Positions 6,538 through 15,341 of a DNA stretch of 32,000 nucleotides are shown here, in pieces (positions within the stretch are counted from its first letter, which is position 1; the number at the start of each line of letters is the position of its first letter). The DNA comes from Candidatus Methylomirabilis limnetica (GTDB lineage Bacteria > Methylomirabilota > Methylomirabilia > Methylomirabilales > Methylomirabilaceae): NCBI RefSeq assembly GCF_003044035.1, contig NZ_NVQC01000022.1:180001-212000 (forward strand), written 5' to 3'. Position numbers and translations under genes: made by a program. The notes beneath the pieces were generated by a model. The model was not told where the DNA came from and ran no database searches. It saw only the letters and a program-made list of their open reading frames with translations.

Positions 6538-7908
6538 CTATGTCTCCAGCCTCTCCGTCAACTCCTCCAGGGTGCGTAGCCCACTAACCCGTAAAGAGGA
6601 AAAGTCAGACTGGATCCGATCGAGGTTGTGCCGGGGCATCAAACAATGGGACAACCCCAGGCGGGCGGCCTCCTCGAGCCGTTGCTCCGCCATCGGCACC
6701 GCCCGCACCTCACCTGCCAGACCGATCTCACCAAACACGCAGAGCCCAGGGTCGAGCAGAAGGTTCCTGGCGCTTGAGAGGATCGCCGCAGCCATGCCAA
6801 GGTCGGCGGCGGTCTCTCCTACTCTGACGCCCCCCACAACGTTTACATAGACATCGCACGCGCTGAGCGGCAGACCGAGCCGCTTTTCCAGTACAGCCAG
6901 CAGCAGGACGCCTCGGTTGCTGTCCACCCCATTGAACACCCGCCTGGGAATTGCAGTGCTTGGCGCCGCCACCAACGCCTGTAGCTCCACGAGAAGTGGC
7001 CGACTCCCCTCCAGAGTCGGAATGACAACTGAGCCCGACGCCCCCGATGGGCGCTGGGAGAGAAAGACCTCCGACGGGTTTGCGAGTTCTTGCAGTCCGG
7101 CCGCCGTCATCTCGAGTACACCGACCTCTGGAGTAGGGCCAAAACGATTCTTCACGGCTCGCAGCAGGCGATGGATCTGATGCCCCTCCCCCTCCATGAA
7201 CACGACTGCGTCTACGAGGTGCTCCATCGTCTTCGGACCCGCGATGGCCCCTTCCTTCGTGATATGGCCGATGACAATGGTACTGATCCCCTTCTTCTTG
7301 GCCAGCGCCATCAGCCGAACCGCAGCTTCGCGAACCTGGCTGAAACTACCTGGGGGGGACTCCAGTTCTTCCGAGGCTATAGTCTGGATGGAATCGATCA
7401 CCAGGATGGTTGGTCGAATTCGATCGGTCTGATCCAGAATGACCTGAAGGGAGGTCTCAGCGAGAAGTAGAAGACGATCGGAGAGGGGGCCCAGCCGGCT
7501 CGCCCTGGATCTGGTCTGCTGAAGCGATTCCTCGCCCGAGACATACAGGACTATCCCCTCCCCCTGCGCGATCTGCATTGATGCCTGAAGGAGCAGGGTT
7601 GACTTCCCTATCCCCGGATCACCGCTCAAGAGCACGAACGAGCCCGGAACGATCCCACCCCCCAGCACCCGATCCAACTCTGCCAGACCGGTGCTCACCC
7701 GGTGGAGTGTACTGATATCTACGGTAGTGATCGGTGTCGCAAGATGTAGAACCGAGGACACCCCGTCGCCACGGGCGCTACGCCGCTCGCTCGCAGCGCG
7801 CTCCTCCAACAGGCCTCCCCACTCTCCACAGTCGGGGCATCGACCCATCCAGCGAGCGGTCTGATAGCCGCAACTCTGACAGAGGTAATGACTCAGGCTT
7901 TTAGCCAT
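6538..7908 (-). CDS. radA: DNA repair protein RadA/Sms
   Basis: It has the N-terminal zinc ribbon CQSCGYQTARWMGRCPDCGEWG, Walker A GDPGIGKST, the KNRFG motif and a C-terminal Lon-like domain. An SD (GAGAGGA) precedes the ATG. Confidence 0.95.
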   Translation of the reverse strand: MAKSLSHYLCQSCGYQTARWMGRCPDCGEWGGLLEERAASERRSARGDGVSSVLHLATPITTVDISTLHRVSTGLAELDRVLGGGIVPGSFVLLSGDPGIGKSTLLLQASMQIAQGEGIVLYVSGEESLQQTRSRASRLGPLSDRLLLLAETSLQVILDQTDRIRPTILVIDSIQTIASEELESPPGSFSQVREAAVRLMALAKKKGISTIVIGHITKEGAIAGPKTMEHLVDAVVFMEGEGHQIHRLLRAVKNRFGPTPEVGVLEMTAAGLQELANPSEVFLSQRPSGASGSVVIPTLEGSRPLLVELQALVAAPSTAIPRRVFNGVDSNRGVLLLAVLEKRLGLPLSACDVYVNVVGGVRVGETAADLGMAAAILSSARNLLLDPGLCVFGEIGLAGEVRAVPMAEQRLEEAARLGLSHCLMPRHNLDRIQSDFSSLRVSGLRTLEELTERLET

Positions 7909-7942
7909 CGTTCCTCTCTGCCCGAGGTAGGTACGCCGGACC

Positions 7943-8012
7943 GTTCAACGTCCAACGTTCAAAGTTCGACGTTGAATCGTAAACTTTGAACGTCGAACGT
8001 TGGACGTTGAAC
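7943..8012. repeat. Ten-heptamer palindrome between dnaB and radA
   Basis: The units are GTTCAAC GTCCAAC GTTCAAA GTTCGAC GTTGAAT CGTAAAC TTTGAAC GTCGAAC GTTGGAC GTTGAAC. Segments 7943-7960 and 7995-8012 form a perfect 18-bp stem. Units 3/4 are the reverse complements of units 7/8 but in swapped order. No U-tract follows on the minus strand. Confidence 0.85.
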
Positions 8013-8021
8013 CACGGCTCA

Positions 8022-9431
8022 TCATATTTCCTCTGCTTCATCCGGCCCTTGATGGACGAGGTCAAGAGCGCCGAACTTGACGTACTCCCTGAGGAAGGCC
8101 ATCTCCACGGTCCCGGTAGGGCCGTTCCGTTGCTTGGCGATAATGACCTCGGTCTTGGTGTCCCGCTCCGGATCTGAGCCACCAGCCTTTCTAACCTGAT
8201 AGTAGCCAGGCCGGTATAGGAAGATCACGACATCCGAGTCCTGCTCAATGGCCCCGGATTCCCGGAGGTCCGATAGCTGTGGGCGCTCCCGCTCCTCGGT
8301 TCTCCGCGCGAGCTGTGACAGCGCTACCACCGGGACCTTCAGCTCCTTGGCCATCGCCTTCAGGCTCCGACAGATCTCTGAGACCTCCTGCTGGCGATTC
8401 TCGGACCGGGAGCGACCTGAGATAAGCTGGAGATAGTCAATCACCACCATCCCGATGTTATGCTCGGCTTTCAGCCTCCGCGCCTTCGCCCGCAATTCGA
8501 TGGCAGAGATGGTGGCTGAGTCATCAATAAAGATAGGCGCCTCTGAGAGATGGCCGGCCGCGTTGGTCAGCTTTGGCCAGTCGCTCTCACGCAACCACCC
8601 TGTCCTGATCCTGTTGGAGTCGACCTCGGCCTCGGAGGAGAGCAGTCGCTGAACCACCTGTTCCTTCGACATTTCCAGGCTGAAGATCCCGACAGGTATC
8701 CGTTCATCGATGGCGGCGTTTCTCGCGATATTGAGAGCAAAGGCCGTTTTGCCCATCCCGGGGCGGCCCGCGATGATGATGAGTTCTGACGGCTGAAAGC
8801 CGGCGGTTTTCATGTCGAGATCTGAAAATCCAGTGGGCACCCCGGTGACCTGCGTCTTCTTGTCAAATAACTTCTCTACCTGTTCAAAGGCATCCTTCAG
8901 AATCGACTTCAACGGGAGGAAGGATCGCCGTACCCGATCCTCCGCTAGCTCGAAAATCTGCTGCTCGGCTTGTTCAAGTACCTGGTCCGCCTCGTCCTGG
9001 CCGGCGAAGCCGAGCCCTACGATGTCGGTGGCTACATCGATCAACTGACGCAGAAGCGCCTTGTCCCGAATGATCCGCGCATGGTAGGTAACGTTCGCGG
9101 AGGTGGGGACGGCCTCCACCAGTGAGGCGAGGAAGGCCGCAGAGCCCACCTCATCAAGCTCGCCGCGGCGGCGAAGCTCATTGGTGATGGTGATGAGATC
9201 GACCGGCTCGCCCCCCCCAAATAGTGCGGAGGCTGCGGCGAAGATCTTACGATGAGCGTCCCGATAGAAGTGCTCGGGTCGCAGTATCTCAAGGCACTTC
9301 AGGAAGGCCTCGTTGCTCTGCAAGATCGCCCCGAGGACCGACATCTCGGCCTCCAGGTTCTGCGGCGGAACCCGCTCCCCGGCCCTCTCACGCCGATCGA
9401 GAGTCGACTCCCGCATGATTCGTTGCCCCAT
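8022..9431 (-). CDS. dnaB: Replicative DNA helicase DnaB
   Basis: It has the PPQNLEAEMSVLGAIL N-terminal motif and Walker A GRPGMGKTAFALN, and its position after rplI is conserved. I chose the ATG at 9431 (MGQRIM...), 5 nt after the rplI stop. The 9518 start would overlap rplI by 83 nt. Confidence 0.95.
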   Translation of the reverse strand: MGQRIMRESTLDRRERAGERVPPQNLEAEMSVLGAILQSNEAFLKCLEILRPEHFYRDAHRKIFAAASALFGGGEPVDLITITNELRRRGELDEVGSAAFLASLVEAVPTSANVTYHARIIRDKALLRQLIDVATDIVGLGFAGQDEADQVLEQAEQQIFELAEDRVRRSFLPLKSILKDAFEQVEKLFDKKTQVTGVPTGFSDLDMKTAGFQPSELIIIAGRPGMGKTAFALNIARNAAIDERIPVGIFSLEMSKEQVVQRLLSSEAEVDSNRIRTGWLRESDWPKLTNAAGHLSEAPIFIDDSATISAIELRAKARRLKAEHNIGMVVIDYLQLISGRSRSENRQQEVSEICRSLKAMAKELKVPVVALSQLARRTEERERPQLSDLRESGAIEQDSDVVIFLYRPGYYQVRKAGGSDPERDTKTEVIIAKQRNGPTGTVEMAFLREYVKFGALDLVHQGPDEAEEI

Positions 9432-9435
9432 CGGC

Positions 9436-9885
9436 TTAGCTCTCCGTGTGCTCCACCGTGAGCCTGAGTTCGGCAACAACCTCGGGATGTAAGCGGATGG
9501 AGATGGTGTAACTGCCAAGAGCCTTGATCGGTTCCTGCAGTAGGATCTTTCGCCGATCTACCTCAAGTCCATGGGTAGCCAGGGCGGCGCAGATATCCTG
9601 GTTGGTGACAGAACCGAAGAGCCGATCCTGCTCGCCACCCCGGCGCTTAAGCACGCAGTGGAGCTCTGTGATCCGACCCGCCATCGTCTCCGCCGCATGA
9701 CGAAGCCCCTCCTCGCGCCCCGTGTTCTGCCGCAGCAGGTGATCCAGCGACTTGATGTTCGCGGATGTCGCCGCCACCGCCTTGCGCTGCGGGATCAGGA
9801 AATTCCGTGCGAAGCCAGCCGCCACATCTACCTGGTCACCAGCAGATCCCACCTTTTCCACCCGTTCCAAGAGAATAAGCTTCAT
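9436..9885 (-). CDS. rplI: 50S ribosomal protein L9
   Basis: MKLILLERVEKVGSAGDQVDVAAGFARNFLIPQRKA is the canonical L9 N-terminus, and the length is 149 aa. Confidence 0.95.
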   Translation of the reverse strand: MKLILLERVEKVGSAGDQVDVAAGFARNFLIPQRKAVAATSANIKSLDHLLRQNTGREEGLRHAAETMAGRITELHCVLKRRGGEQDRLFGSVTNQDICAALATHGLEVDRRKILLQEPIKALGSYTISIRLHPEVVAELRLTVEHTES

Positions 9886-9926
9886 CGATGTGCTACCTCC
9901 TCCGGTACGATCTCACCTGTAGCGCT

Positions 9927-10877
9927 CTATGCGCCAGGGAGCCTCGGAAGCGAATGCCGACGAAAAACAACCCAGATATCGAATAGCCCAACCAATGTCA
10001 AAAGAAGCAACAGCAGGGGTTGAAGAAGCAACAGCACGACACCCAAAATCCCCACCAACGGCGAAAGCTGTAACCTCCTGACCCAGAAAGTGGCAATCGC
10101 CAGACCCTGCAGAAAATACAGCGTCATCATGACGAGTAGCCCGTTGAGACCGATCTCTTTCGCAATCGGCAGGCCACTCAGCAATAAGGCGGCAGATCCG
10201 ATGAACACCCACACCAGCGAGTCCGGAACTCTCCAGACAAACCCCGGCTTCGAATCACCGGATGCAGCGGCATGAGCCGATCTTCTCCTTGCCAGGAAGA
10301 AGTTGGCTGAGGTGCTGAGTAGCGCCGCCGTCATGAAGAGGCCAGGTGAGGTCGTGAGCAGAAAGTGTCGCACCTCTTCGCCCGACCTGAACAGCGTCTC
10401 AACCTCTTCCGGAGAAACGCCCATCTTGCTGTACAGCGCCACCGCTTCTCGCACGGCGATGTCGAGTCGATGCCTCAGGAGATCCAGCAAAGAGCCGCCT
10501 GCACTCCAAGACAGGATTAAGAGGCCGCCCAGGCCGCCTACGAGGACGGTCAGACTCCCTGCGGCCACCGATATCTCCGGGGCCCACTGGCGGCGGATAG
10601 CCTCCGCCAGTACAATCGCAGGCAGGCCAAATTCAATGTAGAATATCCAGGCGTATCCTGAACCCAGAAGGCCGGCGAGGCAGAACCCCACGGTAAGCAC
10701 TCCAAGCAGGGCGACGACTCGGCCTCGTTTCAAGGACAGGAGAATAAGCGGCAGTGGAGTCAGCAGGCCGAAAAAGATCCCGATAATCGGAATCGTCCCG
10801 CCAGCCAGTGCGAGCATGAGAGACGCGAGGCAGAGGGCCGCGCCCTGTCCTAACGTCTTGACCGACCCCTCCTTCAT
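9927..10877 (-). CDS. Polytopic membrane protein, YybS/DUF2232-like
   Basis: About 8 hydrophobic segments are visible. Its position between rpsR and rplI matches Bacillus yybS. I chose the start at ATG 10877 (MKEGSV...), because the longer ORF-track version overlaps rpsR. The family assignment rests on synteny and topology only. Confidence 0.55.
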   Translation of the reverse strand: MKEGSVKTLGQGAALCLASLMLALAGGTIPIIGIFFGLLTPLPLILLSLKRGRVVALLGVLTVGFCLAGLLGSGYAWIFYIEFGLPAIVLAEAIRRQWAPEISVAAGSLTVLVGGLGGLLILSWSAGGSLLDLLRHRLDIAVREAVALYSKMGVSPEEVETLFRSGEEVRHFLLTTSPGLFMTAALLSTSANFFLARRRSAHAAASGDSKPGFVWRVPDSLVWVFIGSAALLLSGLPIAKEIGLNGLLVMMTLYFLQGLAIATFWVRRLQLSPLVGILGVVLLLLQPLLLLLLTLVGLFDIWVVFRRHSLPRLPGA

Positions 10878-10926
10878 CGAGCGCGTTCCGTAAATCCCGC
10901 CCCAGCGATCTGTCAGGCCCTCTCGC

Positions 10927-11163
10927 TCAGGCCAGATCGGCGGCAAAGGGAAGCAATGCGATACTGCGAGCCCTCTTGATGGCTCCGCCCACCTGGCGCT
11001 GATGACTCGCGCAGCTACCGGAAATCCGGCGCGGAATGATCTTCCCTCGATCCGTAATAAAGTTTCTGAGTCTCTTGGCGTCCTTGAAATCGACCGCCTC
11101 GATCTTATCAACGCACCACTTGCAGACCTTTTGCCTCCGAAAGCTTCGCCTCTTTTTCAGCAT
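10927..11163 (-). CDS. rpsR: 30S ribosomal protein S18
   Basis: The sequence ...[53 protein letters not shown] is the S18 signature. Confidence 0.95.
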   Translation of the reverse strand: MLKKRRSFRRQKVCKWCVDKIEAVDFKDAKRLRNFITDRGKIIPRRISGSCASHQRQVGGAIKRARSIALLPFAADLA

Positions 11164-11194
11164 CCGCCATCACCCCCCTGAGCGTCATCACGTT

Positions 11195-11614
11195 TCAAAA
11201 TGGTACCTCCTCCTCGCCGGTCCGATCCCCGCTTAAAGCATGCGTGGACAGGGGCGGTTCCTCATCGGAGACCGCTGCGTCCTTTCGCCCACCGATAAAT
11301 TGCACCCTCTCTGCAACCACCTCATATTTGCTCCGCTTCTGGCCATCTGGCGTATCCCATGACCGTTGCTGAAGCCGACCTTCGACCAGTGCCTGACGCC
11401 CCTTACTCAGAAACTCGACGCAGGACTGCGCCTGCTTATCCCATACCACTACTGTAATGAAACAGACCTCCTCTCGCCGCTCCCCACCTTTCGCTGTAAA
11501 AGAGCGATTAACCGCCAGATCAAAGTTACACACGGCCATGCCGGCCGGCGTATGTCGAAGTTCCGGGTCCCGTGTCAAGTTTCCCAGCAAAATCACTTTA
11601 TTGAAGCTCACCAT
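11195..11614 (-). CDS. ssb: Single-stranded DNA-binding protein
   Basis: It has the OB-fold N-terminus MVSFNKVILLGNLTRDPELRHTPAG and an acidic C-terminal tip EEEVPF. It lies between rpsF and rpsR. Confidence 0.95.
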   Translation of the reverse strand: MVSFNKVILLGNLTRDPELRHTPAGMAVCNFDLAVNRSFTAKGGERREEVCFITVVVWDKQAQSCVEFLSKGRQALVEGRLQQRSWDTPDGQKRSKYEVVAERVQFIGGRKDAAVSDEEPPLSTHALSGDRTGEEEVPF

Positions 11615-11987
11615 CGCCGACCTCCTGGGTAGTTATCACGGTACTACTACCGAGCGTGGCTTGCGACTTCGACTTGAAGCGCTTTCTCTTGGGCTCCTCA
11701 GCCCTGACGACCATCCCTTTCAAGATGGCCTCAGTGATCTGAAAATGCCGTTCGAGATCGGTCACGACTCCGCCCATGCCATCCACTTTCATCAGGACGT
11801 ACTGGCCTTCCCGCCGCTTTTTCACCTCGTAGGCCAGTCGCTTTTTCCCCCACTTCTGAACCTCCAGCACCTCCCCCCCCTTCTTGGCGGCGACTGTGCG
11901 AAGTCCGCTGATCTCTGTCTCGACACCATCCTCCGTGAGGGCTGGGTCCAGAATGACAATTACCTCGTGCTGGTTCACTCTCTTCAC
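11598..11987 (-). CDS. rpsF: 30S ribosomal protein S6
   Basis: HEVIVILDPALTEDG...WGKKRLAYEV is the S6 pattern. It is first in the rpsF-ssb-rpsR order and overlaps ssb by 17 nt. Confidence 0.9.
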   Translation of the reverse strand: MKRVNQHEVIVILDPALTEDGVETEISGLRTVAAKKGGEVLEVQKWGKKRLAYEVKKRREGQYVLMKVDGMGGVVTDLERHFQITEAILKGMVVRAEEPKRKRFKSKSQATLGSSTVITTQEVGDGELQ

Positions 11988-11997
11988 CTCCTCCAGA

Positions 11998-12585
11998 TTA
12001 CGCTATTAGATCCTGACGGGAGCCTCGGACGTTATAGCGGTTCATCGCCGCCTCGAGACTTTCCTGCAACAGCGCCTCTACAGCATCGGCGGCCCGTTCT
12101 ACCACCACCTGTATCGCGTCACCCTCACGTTCCTCGAACGGCCCAAGCACATGCTTTACCGTATCCTGTCCCTCCCGAGGCCGTCCGATTCCCACCTTGA
12201 CTCGCAAAAAATCAGCGCTGCCCATCGCCTCCAGGACGGAACGGACACCCCTATGGCCCCCGTGACCACCGCCAACCTTGATCCGTAGCTGAGAGGTAGA
12301 CAGGTCCAGGTCGTCATGAACTACAATAATTCGACCAGGCTCAAGGCATAAGGCCTGCTGCCACCTGGAGACAGCGAATCCGCTATCGTTCATGAATGTC
12401 AAGGGCTTAACCAAAAGAACCTGCACCCCATGTAGGGAGCCTCTCATAAAAAACGAACGGTACCGGCAATGATCGAGGGCCATGCCAACCCGCCCGGCCA
12501 ACGCTTCCACCACTCGAAATCCCACATTATGGCGACTCGCTTCATACTCCGGACCGGGATTGCCTAAGCCCACCACCATCCACAA
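11998..12585 (-). CDS. pth: Peptidyl-tRNA hydrolase
   Basis: It has the VGLGNPGPEYEASRHNVGF N-terminal signature, is 195 aa long and follows ctc. Confidence 0.95.
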   Translation of the reverse strand: MWMVVGLGNPGPEYEASRHNVGFRVVEALAGRVGMALDHCRYRSFFMRGSLHGVQVLLVKPLTFMNDSGFAVSRWQQALCLEPGRIIVVHDDLDLSTSQLRIKVGGGHGGHRGVRSVLEAMGSADFLRVKVGIGRPREGQDTVKHVLGPFEEREGDAIQVVVERAADAVEALLQESLEAAMNRYNVRGSRQDLIA

Positions 12586-12597
12586 CGAGGCACCTCG

Positions 12598-13281
12598 CTA
12601 AGCGGGCTTTCCCTTTCCGCCCTCCTGCTTACCCTCTTTCGCCTCCTTCTTACCAGCCACCACCTCTGGCTCAGCCGCTTTCTCCTCCGTTGCAGCCGCA
12701 GCCTCCTCAACCGCCACCCGCTGAATCATTACCGCAACTACCGGCCTGGCGGGATCATCAAGCACCCTGATGTCCTCTCCCACGGTAAGTTCGCTGACGT
12801 GAATGGTGTGGCCAAGATCAAGACGACTGACATCCACCTGGATGTGACTGGGAATCGCCCCGGGCAGGCACTCAACGCTCACCTCACGTAGATGCTGCTC
12901 TAAAATACCTGCTCTCATCTTAACACCGACGGCTTCCCCTACGAGCCTGAGCGGGACCTGAACCCTGATTTTTCGCTTCATGGAGATCTCAAAGAAATCC
13001 GCGTGCAGCGGCTCCCATCGTACAGGGTCTCGCTGTAACTCCTTCAGAATGACAGTCCTTGATCGCTCAGCATCTCCCTCCAGGGAGAGGGTAATCAGGA
13101 CATTCTCACCCGCCCCGGTCCCCAGGAGCTTCAGCATTTCAACGGGATTGACTGTCACCGCCATCGGTCCGGAACTACCGCCGTACACAACGGCCGGAAT
13201 CAGCCGCTGTTGCCGAAGTCGTCTCGCAACTCCCTTGCCAAACCGCGTCCGGACCTGCCCTTTCAGCACTGCTTCTGCCAT
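12598..13281 (-). CDS. rplY: 50S ribosomal protein L25 / general stress protein Ctc (long form)
   Basis: It has the N-terminal L25 domain (RTRFGKGVARRLRQQRLIPAVVYG) plus the Ctc C-terminal domain and a Lys/Glu-rich tail. It sits in the prs-ctc-pth order. Confidence 0.9.
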   Translation of the reverse strand: MAEAVLKGQVRTRFGKGVARRLRQQRLIPAVVYGGSSGPMAVTVNPVEMLKLLGTGAGENVLITLSLEGDAERSRTVILKELQRDPVRWEPLHADFFEISMKRKIRVQVPLRLVGEAVGVKMRAGILEQHLREVSVECLPGAIPSHIQVDVSRLDLGHTIHVSELTVGEDIRVLDDPARPVVAVMIQRVAVEEAAAATEEKAAEPEVVAGKKEAKEGKQEGGKGKPA

Positions 13282-13366
13282 TGCACCCTCCTTCTCACGA
13301 GCATCTCACGAGGCACAGGTGGAACCCCCTCCTCGTACCTACACATCAGATCTACTATCCTCACTG

Positions 13367-14305
13367 TCAGACGAAAAGGCAGCTAACGGATTCCTCTTTG
13401 TGGATGCGGCTAATAGCCTCCCCCAGAAGGGGCGCCACAGAGAGAACGGTCAGTTTTTTAGACATTCTACCATCGGGAAGCGGGATGGTATTCGTGACAA
13501 CCACCTCTTCGAGGGCTGATCCATCGATCCGCTCTACCGCCGGTCCAGAGAGAACTGGATGCGTACAGCTCGCAAAGATTCGTTTCGCTCCCTTTTCAAG
13601 GAGCGCCGTGACCGCCTGCGTGAGGGTTCCGCCAGTGTCGATCATGTCATCCACGATGATCACGTCCCGACCCTCGACGTCTCCAACAATATGCATTATC
13701 TTCGCCTCATTGGGCCGTGTCCGACGCTTGTCGATAAATGCCAGTGGGCTCCCCAGGCGCTTGGCGAATGCACGGGCTCGTTCCACACCGCCTGCATCCG
13801 GAGAGACCACCACCGCATCCCCCAATCTCCGCTCCTCGAAATACCGGAGTAACACCGGAGCGGCATAGAGATGATCGACTGGGGTCGTGAAGAAACCCTG
13901 GATCTGTCCGGCGTGAAGATCCATCGTCAAGACCCGATGTACCCCCGCCGCCGTGAGCAGGTCAGCCACCAATTTCGCGGTGATGGGTACGCGAGGTTGA
14001 ACCTTTCGATCCTGCCGCCCATAGCCGTAGTATGGCATCACGGCTGTGATCCGCCAGGCCGACGCCCGCTTCAAGGCATCGATGATCACCAGCAGTTCCA
14101 TCAGGTTCTCGTTGACGGGTCGGCAAGTGGGCTGGATCACGAAGACGTCGGCGCCCCTGACATTCTCACAAACCTGGACCAGGATCTCGTCATCAGCAAA
14201 GCGTGTTACCTCGGCGTCACCCAGCGGGACGCCGAGGTAGTCCGCAATCTCTTGTGACAAGGCTCGATTGGCGTTGCCGGAAAAAAGGATTAACCGGTCA
14301 GTCAT
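13367..14305 (-). CDS. prs: Ribose-phosphate pyrophosphokinase
   Basis: It has [25 protein letters not shown], the PRPP-binding loop [14 protein letters not shown] and the GYGRQDRK motif. I chose the ATG at 14305 (MTDRLI...) over the 14371 extension, which would run into the tRNA. Confidence 0.95.
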   Translation of the reverse strand: MTDRLILFSGNANRALSQEIADYLGVPLGDAEVTRFADDEILVQVCENVRGADVFVIQPTCRPVNENLMELLVIIDALKRASAWRITAVMPYYGYGRQDRKVQPRVPITAKLVADLLTAAGVHRVLTMDLHAGQIQGFFTTPVDHLYAAPVLLRYFEERRLGDAVVVSPDAGGVERARAFAKRLGSPLAFIDKRRTRPNEAKIMHIVGDVEGRDVIIVDDMIDTGGTLTQAVTALLEKGAKRIFASCTHPVLSGPAVERIDGSALEEVVVTNTIPLPDGRMSKKLTVLSVAPLLGEAISRIHKEESVSCLFV

Positions 14306-14375
14306 CAGACGTTCTCCGAATACCGCATAGTTTCTCCTGCCTCTATACACTCGACGGCGGCCTGCCGCCACCTGC

Positions 14376-14449
14376 TGGCTGGGGGGCGAGGACTCGAACC
14401 TCGATGTGCAGCTCCAAAGGCTGCCGGATTACCCTTATCCGACCCCCCA
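14376..14449 (-). tRNA. tRNA-Gln (anticodon TTG), CCA encoded
   Basis: The reverse complement is TGGGGGGTCGGATAAGGGTAATCCGGCAGCCTTTGGAGCTGCACATCGAGGTTCGAGTCCTCGCCCCCCAGCCA. It has acceptor stem TGGGGGG/CCCCCCA and anticodon stem GCAGC/GCTGC with loop CTTTGGA. Confidence 0.9.
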
Positions 14450-14456
14450 ACAGCGG

Positions 14457-15338
14457 TCAGTGGTCAGCCAACAGGAAGAGGGGGTTTCTGTCCAGCGTGC
14501 GGCAGGCAACAGCGGTAATTCCGCTCTCGACCAAACTCGAGGCTACCCGCTTGGCCATCTCGGCCTCTCGCATGACGCCGAAGACAGTTGGCCCGCTCCC
14601 GCTGACCAGGACCGGACTTGCACCCAACAGTAACAACCGTTGCTTAAGGTTTGCGACCGCCGGATAGGCCTCAAGAACCACGTCTTCCAGTCGGTTGAAA
14701 CAATGCGACAGCGCAGCCTCCTCCTGGCCAGACTCAAACAAAACGCGCATTGTAACCCCGGTTTTATCGGATGTCAATGGCAATCTCAGTCGGCGATAGA
14801 CCGAGGCCGTAAGGATCTCAATTCCGGGATTGGCAATGACAAGCCATCGTGGCGTAAGCGCGGCTAGCTCTTCTACCCGCTCCCCTCGCCCCCTCACAAA
14901 GGCGGCCTCCCGACAAAAGAAAAGGGGAACATCGGAGCCCAGCACAGATCCGAGACCTATCAACTCCTCGCGAGGCCACCCAAGGTCGTACAATAGGTTT
15001 AGCCCCCACAGGGTCGCCGCAGCGTTGCTCGATCCTCCCCCCATTCCTCCAGCGATAGGAATCTGCTTCTCAATCCGAATGCTCACTCCGCCGTGCGTGC
15101 CGCTGTGTCGCAGCAGCAGATCGGCCGCCCGGTAGCACAGATTATCAGGTCCAGACGGAACCTTGGGATTCTTGGCCCAGATTGTAATACCGCTCGTACG
15201 GCGTTCCAAGGTGATGGTATCGCTTAGCTCGGTCAGGACCGCGATCGAGCAGATCTCATGGTACCCATCGTCGCGCCGCCCCAGAACCTCTAAAAAGAGG
15301 TTAATCTTAGAAGGAGAAATCAGCGTGACCTGCTTCAT
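14457..15338 (-). CDS. ispE: 4-diphosphocytidyl-2-C-methyl-D-erythritol kinase
   Basis: It has the GHMP-kinase motif PIAGGMGGGSSNAAA and the N-terminus PSKINLFLEVLGRRDDGYH. It sits in the lolB-ispE-prs order. Confidence 0.9.
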   Translation of the reverse strand: MKQVTLISPSKINLFLEVLGRRDDGYHEICSIAVLTELSDTITLERRTSGITIWAKNPKVPSGPDNLCYRAADLLLRHSGTHGGVSIRIEKQIPIAGGMGGGSSNAAATLWGLNLLYDLGWPREELIGLGSVLGSDVPLFFCREAAFVRGRGERVEELAALTPRWLVIANPGIEILTASVYRRLRLPLTSDKTGVTMRVLFESGQEEAALSHCFNRLEDVVLEAYPAVANLKQRLLLLGASPVLVSGSGPTVFGVMREAEMAKRVASSLVESGITAVACRTLDRNPLFLLADH

Positions 15339-15341
15339 GTC

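Noticed and set aside
6258-8012. Short repeated units in intergenic DNA as a possible CRISPR array
   Set aside because: The units are 7 nt tandem and inverted with no spacers. There is no 25-40-nt repeat alternating with unique spacers of similar size, and no cas genes are in the window.
9432-9518. N-terminal extensions given by the ORF track: dnaB to 9518, rlmB to 1960, DUF2232-like to 11111, prs to 14371, engB to 18719, leuB from 18725, cpoB to 22004 and pdxA from 28624
   Set aside because: The extensions overlap upstream genes or a tRNA and have non-protein-like composition. Internal starts restore canonical N-termini, SD sites or ATGA-type coupling.
11457-12200. 247-aa + strand ORF, and similar long antisense ORFs at 12980-13519+, 13281-13868+, 18646-19149-, 18800-19438-, 22253-22822+, 27565-28137+ and 28302-28823+
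   Set aside because: All lie opposite strongly supported conserved genes. They have the Arg/Ser/Pro/Gly-rich composition typical of shadow frames in GC-rich DNA, and they lack recognisable motifs or ribosome-binding sites.
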